Assembly (NCBI GenBank): GCA_028695255.1
Contig: JAQVJI010000001.1
Span: 4,840 to 68,839 of the forward strand
Source of the DNA: Chromatiales bacterium
GTDB taxonomy: Bacteria; Pseudomonadota; Gammaproteobacteria; Ectothiorhodospirales; Ectothiorhodospiraceae
DNA: 64,000 bases
Reading direction: 5' to 3'
Shown: piece by piece, positions 27,821 through 37,998 of the stretch
Position numbering within the stretch: the stretch's first letter is position 1
How the letters are laid out: each line of letters starts with the position of its first letter
Made by a program: the position numbers and the translations under genes
Notes under the pieces: generated by a model
Told to the model about the DNA's origin: nothing
What the model saw: the letters and a program-made list of their open reading frames with translations, nothing else
Database searches by the model: none

Positions 27821-29716
27821 TCAGCCGTTCCGCGCATACCCCAGGGTCTGCAACGCCGCGCGGATCTCGTCCAGGATCGCCGGATCGTCGATGGTCGCGG
27901 GCATGGTCCATTCCTGGTTGTCGGCGATCTTTTTCATCGTGCCGCGCAGGATCTTGCCGGAACGCGTCTTTGGCAGGCGGTCGACGATCACCACCAGCTT
28001 GAACGCGGCCACCGGGCCGATGCCGTCGCGCACGCGTTCGATCAGCTCGCGCCTGAGCGTGTCGTGATCCTTGTCGACGCCGGCCTTGAGCACGACGAGG
28101 CCCAACGGCAGTTCGCCCTTGAGTTCGTCGTGTACGCCGATGGCGGCGCATTCGGCCACGTCCGGATGCGAGGCCAGCACTTCCTCGATCGAGCCGGTCG
28201 AAAGGCGGTGGCCGGCGACGTTGATGATGTCGTCGATGCGACTCATGATGAACACGTAACCGTCCTCGTCCTTGTAGCCGGCATCGCCCGTCAGGTAGTA
28301 GCCCTCGTGGGTCGACAGATAGGAGCGGATGAACCGTTCCTCGTCGCCCCACAGCGTCGGCAGGCAGGACGGCGGCAGCGGCAGGCGGATCATGATGCGG
28401 CCAGTCTCGCCGGCGCCCATCTCGCCGCCGTATTCGTCCAGGATGCGGACGTCGAAACCGGGTGCCGGTCTGGTCGGCGAGCCGGGCTTGACCGGCAGTT
28501 GCTCGATGCCGAGACAGTTGGCGGCGATGGCCCAGCCGGTTTCGGTCTGCCACCAGTGGTCGATCACCGGCACCTTCAATACGTTCTCGGCCCACATCAG
28601 CGTGTCCGGATCGCAGCGTTCGCCGGCCAGGAACAGCGCGCGGAAATTCTTCAGGTCATATCGCTTCAGGTGTTCGGCCTTCGGGTCCTCGCGCTTGATG
28701 GCGCGGAAGGCGGTCGGCGCCGTGAACATCACGCCCACGTCGTATTCCGAGATCACGCGCCAGAACGCGCCGGGATCGGGCGTGCCGACCGGTTTGCCCT
28801 CGTAGACGATGGTCGTGCAGCCGTGCAGCAGCGGCGCGTAGACGATGTAGCTGTGGCCGACCACCCAGCCGACGTCGGAGGCGGCCCAGTAGACCTCGCC
28901 GGGTTCGACGCCGTAGACGTGCTGCATGCTCCACTGCATCGCCACGGCGTGGCCGCCGTTGTCGCGCACCACGCCCTTCGGCTTGCCGGTGGTGCCGGAG
29001 GTGTAGAGGATGTACAGCGGATCGGTGGCGGCCACCGGCACGCAGTCGTGCGGCGTCGCGCCGGCCTCGGCCTCTTCCCAGGACAGGTCGCGGCCGGCGA
29101 CCAGCGTGCCCGGTTCCTGCGGACGTTGCAGGATCACGCAGCGCTCCGGCTTGTGCGCGGACAGTTCGATCGCCTTGTCGAGCAGCGGCTTGTAGTGCAC
29201 GACGCGCGTCGGCTCGATGCCGCAGGAGCCGGCGACGATGACCTTCGGCTTCGCGTCGTCGATGCGCGTGGCGAGTTCGCGCGAGGAAAAACCGCCGAAC
29301 ACCACCGAATGGATCGCACCCAGGCGCGCGCAGGCGAGCATCGCGACGAGCGCCTGCGGCACCATCGGCATGTAGATGATGACGCGATCGCCCTTGCCCA
29401 CGCCGAGCCGCGCCAGCGCACCCGCGAACAGCGCCACGCGGTCGCGCAACTCGCGGTAGGTGATCCTTTCCTTCGTGCCCGTGACCGGACTGTCGTAGAT
29501 GATGGCCGCCTGTTCGGCGCGCCCGCGTTCGACATGGCGGTCGACCGCGTTGTAGCAGGTGTTGAGCTCACCGCCCGCGAACCAGCGATAGAGCGGCTTG
29601 TTCGAGTCGTCGAGCACGCGGTCCCAGGGTTTGTACCAGTCGATGGCCTGGGCGGCCTCGCCCCAGAAGCCTTCCGGATCGTTGAGGGAACGGGCATAGA
29701 CCTCGTCGTAATGCAT
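27821..29716 (-). CDS. propionate--CoA ligase-like acyl-CoA synthetase (PrpE/Acs family)
   Basis: ATG at 29716 with RBS AGGAG. MHYDEVYARSLNDPEGFWGEAAQAIDWYKPW...CYNAVDRH...YMPMVPQALVAMLACARLGAIHSVVFGGF... is collinear with Salmonella PrpE as I recall it. AMP-binding motif YTSGTTGKPKG. Confidence 0.85.
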   Translation of the reverse strand: MHYDEVYARSLNDPEGFWGEAAQAIDWYKPWDRVLDDSNKPLYRWFAGGELNTCYNAVDRHVERGRAEQAAIIYDSPVTGTKERITYRELRDRVALFAGALARLGVGKGDRVIIYMPMVPQALVAMLACARLGAIHSVVFGGFSSRELATRIDDAKPKVIVAGSCGIEPTRVVHYKPLLDKAIELSAHKPERCVILQRPQEPGTLVAGRDLSWEEAEAGATPHDCVPVAATDPLYILYTSGTTGKPKGVVRDNGGHAVAMQWSMQHVYGVEPGEVYWAASDVGWVVGHSYIVYAPLLHGCTTIVYEGKPVGTPDPGAFWRVISEYDVGVMFTAPTAFRAIKREDPKAEHLKRYDLKNFRALFLAGERCDPDTLMWAENVLKVPVIDHWWQTETGWAIAANCLGIEQLPVKPGSPTRPAPGFDVRILDEYGGEMGAGETGRIMIRLPLPPSCLPTLWGDEERFIRSYLSTHEGYYLTGDAGYKDEDGYVFIMSRIDDIINVAGHRLSTGSIEEVLASHPDVAECAAIGVHDELKGELPLGLVVLKAGVDKDHDTLRRELIERVRDGIGPVAAFKLVVIVDRLPKTRSGKILRGTMKKIADNQEWTMPATIDDPAILDEIRAALQTLGYARNG

Positions 29717-29865
29717 GACTATCACTCCTGTCCGGCGTTTTGGTGGTATGCGTCGGCCGGTGGTCCGGCCTGTGTCGTTCTGATCGGAGCGGCCTCGCGA
29801 CCGCATCCGGCAAGACCATAAACCGGGGAGGGGGAAAAGGCAAAGGCGTCGCGGCCGTGGAGGGT

Positions 29866-29930
29866 TGCAAGGGCGGCTCTGCCGCGACGATGCGAAGTGC
29901 CGCCCCATTCGCGGCAGAGCTGCTCCTACA
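29866..29930. repeat. REP-like palindrome (GCGGCTCTGCCGCGA family) downstream of cbbO
   Basis: TGCAAGGGCGGCTCTGCCGCGA-CGATGCGAAGTGCCGCCCCAT-TCGCGGCAGAGCTGCTCCTACA. The arm sequence is the same as in the hairpin at 32407-32469. Confidence 0.7.
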
Positions 29931-30033
29931 CGAACGCCGTTACGATGTGGTCTGGCGCGTCAGGCAGCGCCGGCGCGCAAGCTGACCTACGGCGCGGCGA
30001 GCACGCACGGGATGTCCGCCAGCACGTACCGTC

Positions 30034-32358
30034 TCAGCGCGTGAGGCTCGCGAACAGCATCGGGAGTTTCTCCGGCAGCCGCTGCACGTGATCGATGACG
30101 GTGTAGTGGTTGAGGCCGAAAATGCGTTTCACGTACTCGTCGGCGTTCGGGTCGAGCGTCAGGCAGTAGCTCATGATGCCGCTGCGGTGCAGTTCCTCGA
30201 CCGCCTTGCGCGTGTCGTGGCGCAGGTGCTGTGGATCGCGTTCGTCGATGTCGGCGGGCTCGCCGTCGGTGATGACGAGCAGCAGCTTGCGCGCCTCGGG
30301 CTGGCGCAGCAGGTGCCAGGCGGCATGACGCATCGCGGCACCCATGCGGGTCGAGAGGTTGCCGCGCATGCCGGCGAGACGCGACTTCACGTCGACGTCG
30401 AAGCGTTGGTTGAAGTCCTTGAAACGGTAGTACTGCACGTCGTGGCGGCCGTCGGAGGCGAAGCCGTGGATGGCGAAGGGATCGCCGATGCCGTGGATCG
30501 CGGTCGACACCAGCGCGCAGGCCTCGCGCGTGAGTGCGAGCACGCTCTTGTCCGAGTCCTCCACCAGTTCGTTGGTGGATTCCGACAGGTCGAGCAGCAC
30601 CAGCACGGCGAGATCGCGGCGCTTGATGACGTTGCGCATGGTGATGCGCGGGTCGGGCTGGCGGCCCATGCGGATGCTGGTCATCGCCTCGACCGCGGCG
30701 TTGACGTCGATCTCGTCGCCGTCCTCCAGCTTGCGCTGGCGCTGCACGCCCTCGGGTTGCAACAGGTCAATGATCTGCTTGATGCGCGAGGATACCGGCT
30801 TGTATTCGAGCAGAATGCGGTCGATTTCTTCCGGATCGCCCTTCGGCTGGCGGCGCTCGTACAGGGTCACCCAGTCCGGCCGGTGCAATTGCACCTGATA
30901 GTCCCACTCCGGATAGTGGAAGGGATCGGAGATCGGCTCCTTGCCCTCCAGCTCGTTGATCGTGCAGCCCTCCTGGTCGAGCCAGAATGGCGTTTCGAGA
31001 CGCCAGATTTCCTGCGCGTCGTCGCCCGCCAGTTCGCAATCGAGTTCGTTGACCATCTCCAACACGTTGACGGTTTTGCGTACCTGCGCGCGGCCGGCGG
31101 CCAGGTATTCTGCCTGTTCCCACGAGAATTCCTCGAATGCCCATACGAAGCGATTGTCGTCGCGGTAGGGAATGCGGATGCTCTCCAGGATGCGCAAGCT
31201 CGGCACGTCGCGCCGTGCGGCGAGGATGTTGAAGAGTTCGAGGCCCATGTGCCAGGAGAACTGTCCGTCGTCCTGATTGGCGGCGATGTTGAGGTGGAAA
31301 CGTTCCGTCAGCGCGTCGATCTCGGCATCATCGGTGCGGAAGCCATTGTCGAGCAGCGCGTGCGCCGTGCGTTCCAGCAGTGCGATCGTCGGGTGCTCGA
31401 TCGACGCCGTGTATTCCAGATCGAGCAGCGATTTCCAGAGTTTCTTCAGACCGGGGAATGCCTGCACGGCCTTGTATTCGACGCGCGCATCCTCCAGCAG
31501 CGCGATGAAGAACATCTGCGCCGGCGAGAGTTGTTCGGCCGAGATGCGCACGCGTGTGTAGGCGACGTGCGCGGCGAGATGCGCCGACATGGCGCGATAG
31601 AGTTCGAGGCCGCTGACTGGTCCGATCGCATCCACCGCATCCGGCAGGTGCAGCACATGCGCCTCGATGTAGGGCTTGAATCCGGGCGTGTCGGCGGAGG
31701 CCGGACGCAGGAGAAAATCACGGCCCCACAGCGCGCGCAGATAGAAGTTGAGCTTGCGCTGGGTGTCGATGAACAGCGTGCCGCGCCGTTCCTTCTGCAA
31801 TACGGCAAGCGAGTCCTGGGTTTGCAGATTGAAGTAGGCGTTGAGATTGGGATAGTCGCGGCGATAGGCCTCGGCACCGAAGTTGGCCCAGCGCTTGAGG
31901 CCGGACAGCGTGAGCTTGGACAGCAGTTCGTCGATGTGGCCGAGCATCGGCCGCAGGCCGCGCGCCGCCTTGGCGGCGAGCTGGTGAATGAATTGCAGAT
32001 ACTGGCGCAGCAGTTCCGCGTCGCCCAGTCTGCGCGCGGCGGTCGGCAGGCTCGAGAACATCAATGCGATGACTTCGCCCGAGGTCATCGAGGCCAGCTT
32101 GAGTGCGGCGTTGAGACATTCCTCGATGACGTCTTCGCCGACCTCCTTAACCACCAGCGGCATTTCCTGCACCCAGGTCACCACCAGATCGCTGCCGCGG
32201 CCGAGATTGCAAAGACCCTTGGCGCCGTCGAGATAGCGTTGCAGTGCCGCCGGCGACATCACGCGCGCGGCCTCGTGGAAGCTGCCCTCGATGGTTTCGC
32301 GCACCTCGGGTGCGAGCTTGTCGAGTTGTTCCCGGTAATCGTCGAGATGGATGCTCAT
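30034..32358 (-). CDS. cbbO: RuBisCO activase adaptor CbbO (von Willebrand factor A domain)
   Basis: 774 aa. The C-terminal VWA/MIDAS is LVLLDLSESTNE...ITDGEPADID. It lies downstream of cbbQ in a cbbLSQO arrangement. Confidence 0.9.
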   Translation of the reverse strand: MSIHLDDYREQLDKLAPEVRETIEGSFHEAARVMSPAALQRYLDGAKGLCNLGRGSDLVVTWVQEMPLVVKEVGEDVIEECLNAALKLASMTSGEVIALMFSSLPTAARRLGDAELLRQYLQFIHQLAAKAARGLRPMLGHIDELLSKLTLSGLKRWANFGAEAYRRDYPNLNAYFNLQTQDSLAVLQKERRGTLFIDTQRKLNFYLRALWGRDFLLRPASADTPGFKPYIEAHVLHLPDAVDAIGPVSGLELYRAMSAHLAAHVAYTRVRISAEQLSPAQMFFIALLEDARVEYKAVQAFPGLKKLWKSLLDLEYTASIEHPTIALLERTAHALLDNGFRTDDAEIDALTERFHLNIAANQDDGQFSWHMGLELFNILAARRDVPSLRILESIRIPYRDDNRFVWAFEEFSWEQAEYLAAGRAQVRKTVNVLEMVNELDCELAGDDAQEIWRLETPFWLDQEGCTINELEGKEPISDPFHYPEWDYQVQLHRPDWVTLYERRQPKGDPEEIDRILLEYKPVSSRIKQIIDLLQPEGVQRQRKLEDGDEIDVNAAVEAMTSIRMGRQPDPRITMRNVIKRRDLAVLVLLDLSESTNELVEDSDKSVLALTREACALVSTAIHGIGDPFAIHGFASDGRHDVQYYRFKDFNQRFDVDVKSRLAGMRGNLSTRMGAAMRHAAWHLLRQPEARKLLLVITDGEPADIDERDPQHLRHDTRKAVEELHRSGIMSYCLTLDPNADEYVKRIFGLNHYTVIDHVQRLPEKLPMLFASLTR

Positions 32359-32406
32359 GACTCAGACCTCAGGGTTCGGTCGTGCAGGGTTGCCCGGAAC
32401 GGTCAT

Positions 32407-32469
32407 GTGGGAGCGGCTCTGCCGCGATCGGCATCGCGTGCGGCATCGTCGCGGCGGAGCCGCTCCCAC
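32407..32469. repeat. REP-like palindrome (GAGCGGCTCTGCCGCGA family) in the cbbQ-cbbO spacer
   Basis: GTGGGAGCGGCTCTGCCGCGAT ... ATCGTCGCGGCGGAGCCGCTCCCAC gives a stem of about 22 bp with a few mismatches. Architecture resembles Pseudomonas REP units (GTGGGAGCGG...CGCGA). Confidence 0.75.
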
Positions 32470-32479
32470 GGGTGGACGT

Positions 32480-33286
32480 TCACCTGACGAAGAACGTCTG
32501 CACCGCCGCGTTCAGCGTCTCGCGCATGTCCGGATCGTCGGTCAGCGGACACACCAGCGTCATGCTGCACGCGGCCAGCGGGTCGACGCCCTTGGCGATG
32601 AGCTGGCCGGCGTAGACCAGCAGACGGGTCGAGATGCCCTCGTCCAGGCCGTGGCCCTTGAGGTTGCGCGCGCGGTGCGCGATCTGCACCAGCTTTTCGG
32701 CCGTCGCCTTGTCGACGCCGGTCTCACGTGCCACCACCTCGGTCTCGATCCCGGCATCGGGATAGTCGAAGTCCAGCGCGCCGAAGCGCTGCTTGGTCGA
32801 CTGCTTGAGGTCCTTCATCAGCGACTGGTAGCCGGGGTTGTAGGAGATGACGAGCTGGAAGTCGGCATGTGCCTCGACCAGTTCCCCCTTCTTGTCCAGC
32901 GGCAGCACGCGGCGATGATCGGTCAGCGGATGGATCACCACCGTGGTGTCCTGGCGCGCCTCGACCACTTCGTCGAGATAGCAGATGGCGCCGATGCGCG
33001 CGGCGGCGGTGAGCGGGCCGTCCTGCCACTTGGTGCCGTCCTTGTCGAGCAGGAAGCGGCCGACCAGATCGGAGGCCGTCATGTCCTCGTTGCAGGCGAC
33101 GGTGATGAGCGGGCGGCCGAGTTTCCAGGCCATGTACTCGACGAAGCGCGACTTGCCGCAGCCGGTCGGGCCCTTGAGCATGACGGGCATGCGCGCGGAG
33201 TAGGCCGCCTCGAACAGGCTGATTTCCTCGCCCACCGCGCGGTAGTAGGGTTCGTTCTTGATCCGGTACTGTTCGACGTTGCTCAT
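32480..33286 (-). CDS. cbbQ: RuBisCO activase AAA+ (MoxR-class) ATPase CbbQ
   Basis: ATG 33286 within the track [24 protein letters not shown]...[18 protein letters not shown] (Walker A) ...[10 protein letters not shown] (Walker B). 268 aa. Confidence 0.93.
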   Translation of the reverse strand: MSNVEQYRIKNEPYYRAVGEEISLFEAAYSARMPVMLKGPTGCGKSRFVEYMAWKLGRPLITVACNEDMTASDLVGRFLLDKDGTKWQDGPLTAAARIGAICYLDEVVEARQDTTVVIHPLTDHRRVLPLDKKGELVEAHADFQLVISYNPGYQSLMKDLKQSTKQRFGALDFDYPDAGIETEVVARETGVDKATAEKLVQIAHRARNLKGHGLDEGISTRLLVYAGQLIAKGVDPLAACSMTLVCPLTDDPDMRETLNAAVQTFFVR

Positions 33287-33361
33287 GATTCCTGCCTCGC
33301 ATGATTGGCGGACCGGTGCGTCATCACCGGACCGGTGAATCTGGCCCCTCAAGAACCGGGA

Positions 33362-33398
33362 CAAAAAAAGCCCCTGACCGTCGCCGGTCAGGGGCTTT
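33362..33398 (-). terminator. intrinsic terminator/attenuator between cbbS and cbbQ
   Basis: The minus strand reads AAGCCCCTGACCG GCGA CGGTCAGGGGCTT TTTTTT, a perfect 13-bp stem followed by a T-tract, 27 nt after the cbbS stop. Confidence 0.75.
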
Positions 33399-33424
33399 GA
33401 GGGAGTAAAAAGCCCCTGCCGGGA

Positions 33425-33784
33425 TCAGGCGCGGATGGGACCGCGGAAGATCACCATCGCGGCGCCCTGCGACTGCTTGAAGTTGTCGTAGCCGACCAGA
33501 CGCACGTGGTTGTTCGGATGCGCCTTGTGGCAGGCCTCGGCCTCGGCCAGGATCCGTTCCACATCGGTCTCGCCGAACATCGGCAGCTTCCACATGTACC
33601 AGTAGTGGTCGAAGGCATTCTCCGGCTCGGTGTGCTCGATGGCCGGGTTCCAGCCCTTGGATACGATGTATTCCACCTGCTTGCGGATGTTGGCCGCATC
33701 CATCGCCGGCAGGTACGAGAAGGTCTCGAACTTGCGGCTGGAAACGTCGCTCAGGCTGGACTTGTAGTCTTGCATTTCGCTCAT
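33425..33784 (-). CDS. cbbS: RuBisCO small subunit (form IA)
   Basis: 119 aa, ...[54 protein letters not shown]...[13 protein letters not shown]...; small-subunit signature. Confidence 0.95.
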   Translation of the reverse strand: MSEMQDYKSSLSDVSSRKFETFSYLPAMDAANIRKQVEYIVSKGWNPAIEHTEPENAFDHYWYMWKLPMFGETDVERILAEAEACHKAHPNNHVRLVGYDNFKQSQGAAMVIFRGPIRA

Positions 33785-33868
33785 TGCTCTAACTCCTGAA
33801 AATTGAAGGCCTGGGTGCGGGGCGGGGAGACGTCAGCCGTGCATCCCGCCCTGCACCTCATGCAGTCA

Positions 33869-35290
33869 TTACTTGTGCGCCACGTCGAGCTTGTCGACGG
33901 TGTCGAACTCGAACTTGATTTCCTTCCACGTCTCCATGGCGATCTTCAGTTCGGGGCTGGACTTGGCGGCATTGGTGAGGATGTCCTTGCCTTCCTTCTC
34001 CAGCGTGCGGCCCTGGTTGCGGGCCTCGACGCAGGCCTCCAGCGCGACGCGGTTGGCGGCGGCGCCGGCGGCGTTGCCCCACGGGTGGCCGAGCGTGCCG
34101 CCACCGAACTGGAGCACGGAGTCGTCACCGAAGATGGTGACCAGCGCCGGCATGTGCCACACGTGGATGCCGCCGGAGGCGACGGCGAAGGCGCCCGGCA
34201 TGGAACCCCAGTCCTGATCGAAGAAGATGCCGCGGCTGCGGTCTTCCTTGATGTACTTCTCGCGCAGCAGGTCGATCCAGCCCAGCGTGGAGGCGCGGTC
34301 GCCTTCCAGCTTGCCGACCACGGTGCCGGTGTGCAGGTGATCGCCGCCCGACAGGCGCAGGATCTTGGTCAGCACGCGGAAGTGGATGCCGTGGCGCGGG
34401 TTGCGGTCGAGCACCGCGTGCATGGCGCGGTGGATGTGCAGCAGCACGCCGTTGTCACGGCACCAGTTGGCCAGGCCCGTGTTGGCGCAGAAGCCGCCGG
34501 TGATGTAGTCGTGCATGATGATCGGCGCACCGATCTCCTTGGCGTACTCGGCACGCTTGTACATCTCTTCCGGGGTCGGCGCGGTGACGTTCAGGTAGTG
34601 GCCCTTGCGCTCGCCGGTTTCGACCTCGGCCTTCTCGATCGCTTCCATCACGAAGTCGAAGCGCTGGCGCCAGCGCATGAACGGCTGGCTGTTGACGTTC
34701 TCGTCGTCCTTGGTGAAGTCCAGACCGCCGCGCAGGCACTCGTACACGGCACGGCCGTAGTTCTTGGCCGACAGGCCGAGCTTCGGCTTGATGGTGCAGC
34801 CGAGCATCGGACGGCCGTACTTGTTCATCATGTCGCGCTCGACCTGGATGCCGTGCGGCGGGCCGCCACAGGTCTTGACATAGGCGATCGGGAAGCGGAC
34901 ATCCTCAAGGCGCAGGGCGCGCACGGCCTTGAAGCCGAAGACGTTGCCGACCAGCGAGGTGAAGACGTTGACGACGGAGCCTTCCTCGAACAGGTCGATC
35001 GGGTAGGCGATGAAGGCGTAGAAGGCCTCGTCGTCACCGGGCACGTCCTCGATGGCGTAGGCGCGGCCCTTGTAATAGTCGAGGTCGGTCAGGAGGTCGG
35101 TCCACACCGTGGTCCAGGTACCGGTCGAGGATTCGGCGGCCACGGCGGCGGCGGCCTCTTCACGCGGCACGCCGGCCTGCGGCGTGACCTTGAAGCAGGC
35201 CAGCAGGTCCGTGTCCAGCGGGGTGTATTCGGGCATCCAGTAGGTTTCGCGGTATTCCTTTACGCCTGCACTGTAGGTCTTGACTGCCAT
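33869..35290 (-). CDS. cbbL: RuBisCO large subunit (form IA, green-like)
   Basis: 473 aa, [24 protein letters not shown]...[19 protein letters not shown] (carbamyl-Lys motif) ...[16 protein letters not shown]...[11 protein letters not shown]...[13 protein letters not shown]. Confidence 0.97.
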   Translation of the reverse strand: MAVKTYSAGVKEYRETYWMPEYTPLDTDLLACFKVTPQAGVPREEAAAAVAAESSTGTWTTVWTDLLTDLDYYKGRAYAIEDVPGDDEAFYAFIAYPIDLFEEGSVVNVFTSLVGNVFGFKAVRALRLEDVRFPIAYVKTCGGPPHGIQVERDMMNKYGRPMLGCTIKPKLGLSAKNYGRAVYECLRGGLDFTKDDENVNSQPFMRWRQRFDFVMEAIEKAEVETGERKGHYLNVTAPTPEEMYKRAEYAKEIGAPIIMHDYITGGFCANTGLANWCRDNGVLLHIHRAMHAVLDRNPRHGIHFRVLTKILRLSGGDHLHTGTVVGKLEGDRASTLGWIDLLREKYIKEDRSRGIFFDQDWGSMPGAFAVASGGIHVWHMPALVTIFGDDSVLQFGGGTLGHPWGNAAGAAANRVALEACVEARNQGRTLEKEGKDILTNAAKSSPELKIAMETWKEIKFEFDTVDKLDVAHK

Positions 35291-35368
35291 GGCTCAACTC
35301 CTCGCGGGGATTGCGGTTGTTCGTGTATGAGACAGGGAGAGCTTAGGCAGGCGTGATGATACGTTCCA

Positions 35369-35383
35369 ATCGATCTTTTCGAT
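35369..35383. promoter_or_regulatory. 15-bp palindrome ATCGA-N5-TCGAT containing a T-N11-A core, upstream of cbbL (candidate LTTR/CbbR-type box)
   Basis: ATCGATCTTTTCGAT lies about 80 nt upstream of the cbbL ATG. It abuts a weak -35/-10 pair (TTGGAA ... TAAGCT on the minus strand) in the AT-richer part of the 112-bp spacer. Confidence 0.3.
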
Positions 35384-35402
35384 GTTTGTTATAGGTGTTC
35401 GT

Positions 35403-36179
35403 TTATGGATTGCTTCGGGACGGGGCGGCGTCGCCGTCGGCAAGCCATTCCAGCGATTCCAGGGTCATGGTCAGCCGGCCGCCGTCGCGCTCGATCTGCT
35501 CGATGCGTACCGGCAGATGGTGCAGGGCGGGGGCATACCAGGTGATGACCTGACTGCCGCGCGGGTCGTCCACCCGCTCGACGCGCAGGCTGTCGAGGCG
35601 GCCGAGTGCGGTGGCCAGCGTTTCGTCGCCGCTGTGCCGGAAGGCGAAGGATTTCAGCCTGTCGCGTTCGACCACTGCATAGGTCATGTCGCCATGCGGG
35701 CGTTGCAGGTCCTGCATGATGCGCAGTTGCAGCGAAAAATGGTCGACCGCATCGGGTGGGATCCCGATGTCGAAGGTTTTGCCCTTGACCTCGCCGCGCG
35801 CGCGCAGATCGACCCAGTCGAATTCGGTGTGGTCCTCGCGCAGTGTGTTGCGGTAACTGTGGCGATAGACGTAGCGCTGGATGCGCGGCACGCCGGTGGC
35901 ATCGAATTCGAGCCGCGCCTCTTCGGTGATGACGTCATTGCGGAAGATCGCGGCGAGACCGACGGTGGTGCTGCGCGAACGGTAGCTCAGGCCGGAGGCG
36001 TCGCGTTCGAGATGCACCTCGGCACGGGCGATGGGGATGCCGGCCTTGCGCAGTGCGTATTCGGCGCGAAAGTCCGGCGGTAGCCCGGCCGCGATACCTG
36101 ACGCGGCGGCGAAGGTGCACGAGCACCACGACAAGACCACTAACAACAAGACCTGCATCGAGCTGCGCGTCACGCGCAT
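35403..36179 (-). CDS. DUF3108 domain-containing secreted protein
   Basis: Signal peptide MQVLLLVVLSWCSCTFAAA, then a beta-rich sequence (RAEYALRKAGIPIARAEVHLERD...). The position directly after purN matches the purM-purN-DUF3108 synteny I recall in Pseudomonas. Confidence 0.6.
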   Translation of the reverse strand: MRVTRSSMQVLLLVVLSWCSCTFAAASGIAAGLPPDFRAEYALRKAGIPIARAEVHLERDASGLSYRSRSTTVGLAAIFRNDVITEEARLEFDATGVPRIQRYVYRHSYRNTLREDHTEFDWVDLRARGEVKGKTFDIGIPPDAVDHFSLQLRIMQDLQRPHGDMTYAVVERDRLKSFAFRHSGDETLATALGRLDSLRVERVDDPRGSQVITWYAPALHHLPVRIEQIERDGGRLTMTLESLEWLADGDAAPSRSNP

Positions 36180-36826
36180 GCCTTCTCCTCATTCGTATCG
36201 AGCACCAGCGGCCTGTCGAGCGGGCGCCCGTCCATGAGCGGGCGGTTGCCGTCGAGCCGCAGCCGGCCCTGGCAGAACCAGCGTACGACGCGGGGATAGA
36301 TGACGTGCTCCTTCTCCAGTACCCGCGCGGCCAGCCGTTCCGGCGTGTCGTCCGGCAGTACCGGCACTTCCGCCTGCAACACCACGGGGCCGCCGTCGAG
36401 TTCGTCGGTGACGAAATGGACGCTGGCCCCGTGTCGTTCGACACCGGCTTCGAGCGCTCGTTCATGCGTGCGCAGGCCGCGGAACTCGGGCAGCAGCGAG
36501 GGGTGGATGTTGAGCATGCGCCCGGCATAGTGGCGCACGAAGGCCGGCGTCAGGATGCGCATGAAGCCGGCCAGCACGACGAGATCCGGCGCATGGCGGT
36601 CGATCAGCGCCATCAGCGCCTGATCGAAGGTCTCCCGGTCGGGATACCGTCGGTGGTCGAGAGTCTCGGCGGCGATGCCGGCGCGGCGGGCGCGTTCCAG
36701 CCCGAAGGCCTCGGGGCGGTTGCTGATCACGGCGGCGATGCGGCCCGGGAGTTCGCCGCTCGCGGCAGCATCGATGATCGCCTGCAGGTTGGAGCCCGAG
36801 CCGGAGATCAGCACTACGATATTCAT
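36170..36826 (-). CDS. purN: phosphoribosylglycinamide formyltransferase
   Basis: ATG 36826 within the track [23 protein letters not shown]...LAGFMRIL...NIHPSLLP...[15 protein letters not shown]...; PurN motifs. ATGA overlap with purM. Confidence 0.95.
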   Translation of the reverse strand: MNIVVLISGSGSNLQAIIDAAASGELPGRIAAVISNRPEAFGLERARRAGIAAETLDHRRYPDRETFDQALMALIDRHAPDLVVLAGFMRILTPAFVRHYAGRMLNIHPSLLPEFRGLRTHERALEAGVERHGASVHFVTDELDGGPVVLQAEVPVLPDDTPERLAARVLEKEHVIYPRVVRWFCQGRLRLDGNRPLMDGRPLDRPLVLDTNEEKACA

Positions 36827-37875
36827 GCGCCGTAGACCACCTTCGGCGCGCCGCTGCCGGGTTCGATGCGACCGATGATCCAGTGTTCGATGTCGTCCGC
36901 GCGCAGGCGTGCGGAGACCGCGTCCACCGCGTCGGCCGGCAGCACCAGGGCCATGCCGATACCGCAGTTGAAGGTGCGCAGCATCTCGCCGGCATCGACG
37001 TTGCCCTGCCGCTCGATCCACTCGAACACCTCCGGCCGCGTCCAGGCCTGCGCATCGATGCGGGCCTGGGTGTCGGCCGGCAGCACGCGCGGCAGGTTTT
37101 CGGTGATGCCGCCGCCGGTGATGTGGGCCAGCGCATGCACCGGCAGGTCGGCGAGCAGGCCGAGCAGCGGTTTGACGTAGATCTGCGTCGGCGCCATCAG
37201 CGCATCCATCAGCGGTCGGCCGGAGGGCAGGCGTGCGTCGAGCGGCGTCTGGTGCAGTTCGAGGATGCGCCGGATCAGCGAATAGCCGTTGGAGTGCGGG
37301 CCGCTGGAGGCGAATCCCAGCACGACGTCACCGACCGCCACCTTCGAACCGTCGAGAATGGCGTCCTTTTCCACCACGCCGACGGCAAAACCGGCAAGGT
37401 CGTAATCGCCGACGTCGTACATGCCGGGCATCTCGGCCGTTTCGCCGCCGACCAGCGCGCAGCCGGCCTGCGCACAACCGTCGGCGATGCCCTTGATGAC
37501 GCTGGCGGCGACCTCGACGTCAAGCTTGCCGGTGGCGTAGTAGTCAAGGAAAAACAGCGGTTCGGCGCCCTGCACGACGATGTCGTTGACGCACATGCCG
37601 ACCAGATCGATGCCGATGGTGTCGTGGCGACCGGTGGCGAGCGCGAGCTTGAGCTTGGTGCCGACGCCGTCGGTGCCGGCGACCAGCACCGGATGCCGGT
37701 AGCGGCCGGGCGGCAGTTCGAACAGCGAGCCGAAGCCGCCGAGTCCGCCCATCACCTCCGGGCGCAGCGTGCGTCTGGCGTGGGGCTTGATGCGTTCGAC
37801 CAGTTCGGCACCGGCGTCGATGTCGACCCCGGCATCGCGATAACTCAAAGAGGGATTCTGTTCGTTGGTTGGCAT
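36823..37875 (-). CDS. purM: phosphoribosylformylglycinamidine cyclo-ligase
   Basis: ...[13 protein letters not shown]...[12 protein letters not shown]...[15 protein letters not shown]...; PurM signature, 350 aa. Confidence 0.96.
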   Translation of the reverse strand: MPTNEQNPSLSYRDAGVDIDAGAELVERIKPHARRTLRPEVMGGLGGFGSLFELPPGRYRHPVLVAGTDGVGTKLKLALATGRHDTIGIDLVGMCVNDIVVQGAEPLFFLDYYATGKLDVEVAASVIKGIADGCAQAGCALVGGETAEMPGMYDVGDYDLAGFAVGVVEKDAILDGSKVAVGDVVLGFASSGPHSNGYSLIRRILELHQTPLDARLPSGRPLMDALMAPTQIYVKPLLGLLADLPVHALAHITGGGITENLPRVLPADTQARIDAQAWTRPEVFEWIERQGNVDAGEMLRTFNCGIGMALVLPADAVDAVSARLRADDIEHWIIGRIEPGSGAPKVVYGA

Positions 37876-37998
37876 GGCAGGTGTGGGGCGGACGAGGCGC
37901 CGGCGGTGGAGGGGGAGGGCGCATTATATGCTATGTTTACCGCTCCTTCGCCGGACCGAAACGCCGCGTTCATGGCTGACCTGTTTTCCCGCACTCCG

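Noticed and set aside
36883-37998. N-terminal 372 aa of track ORF 36883..39093
   Set aside because: This part is antisense to purM and not protein-like. The real gene begins at the signal peptide (ATG 37999 or 37972).
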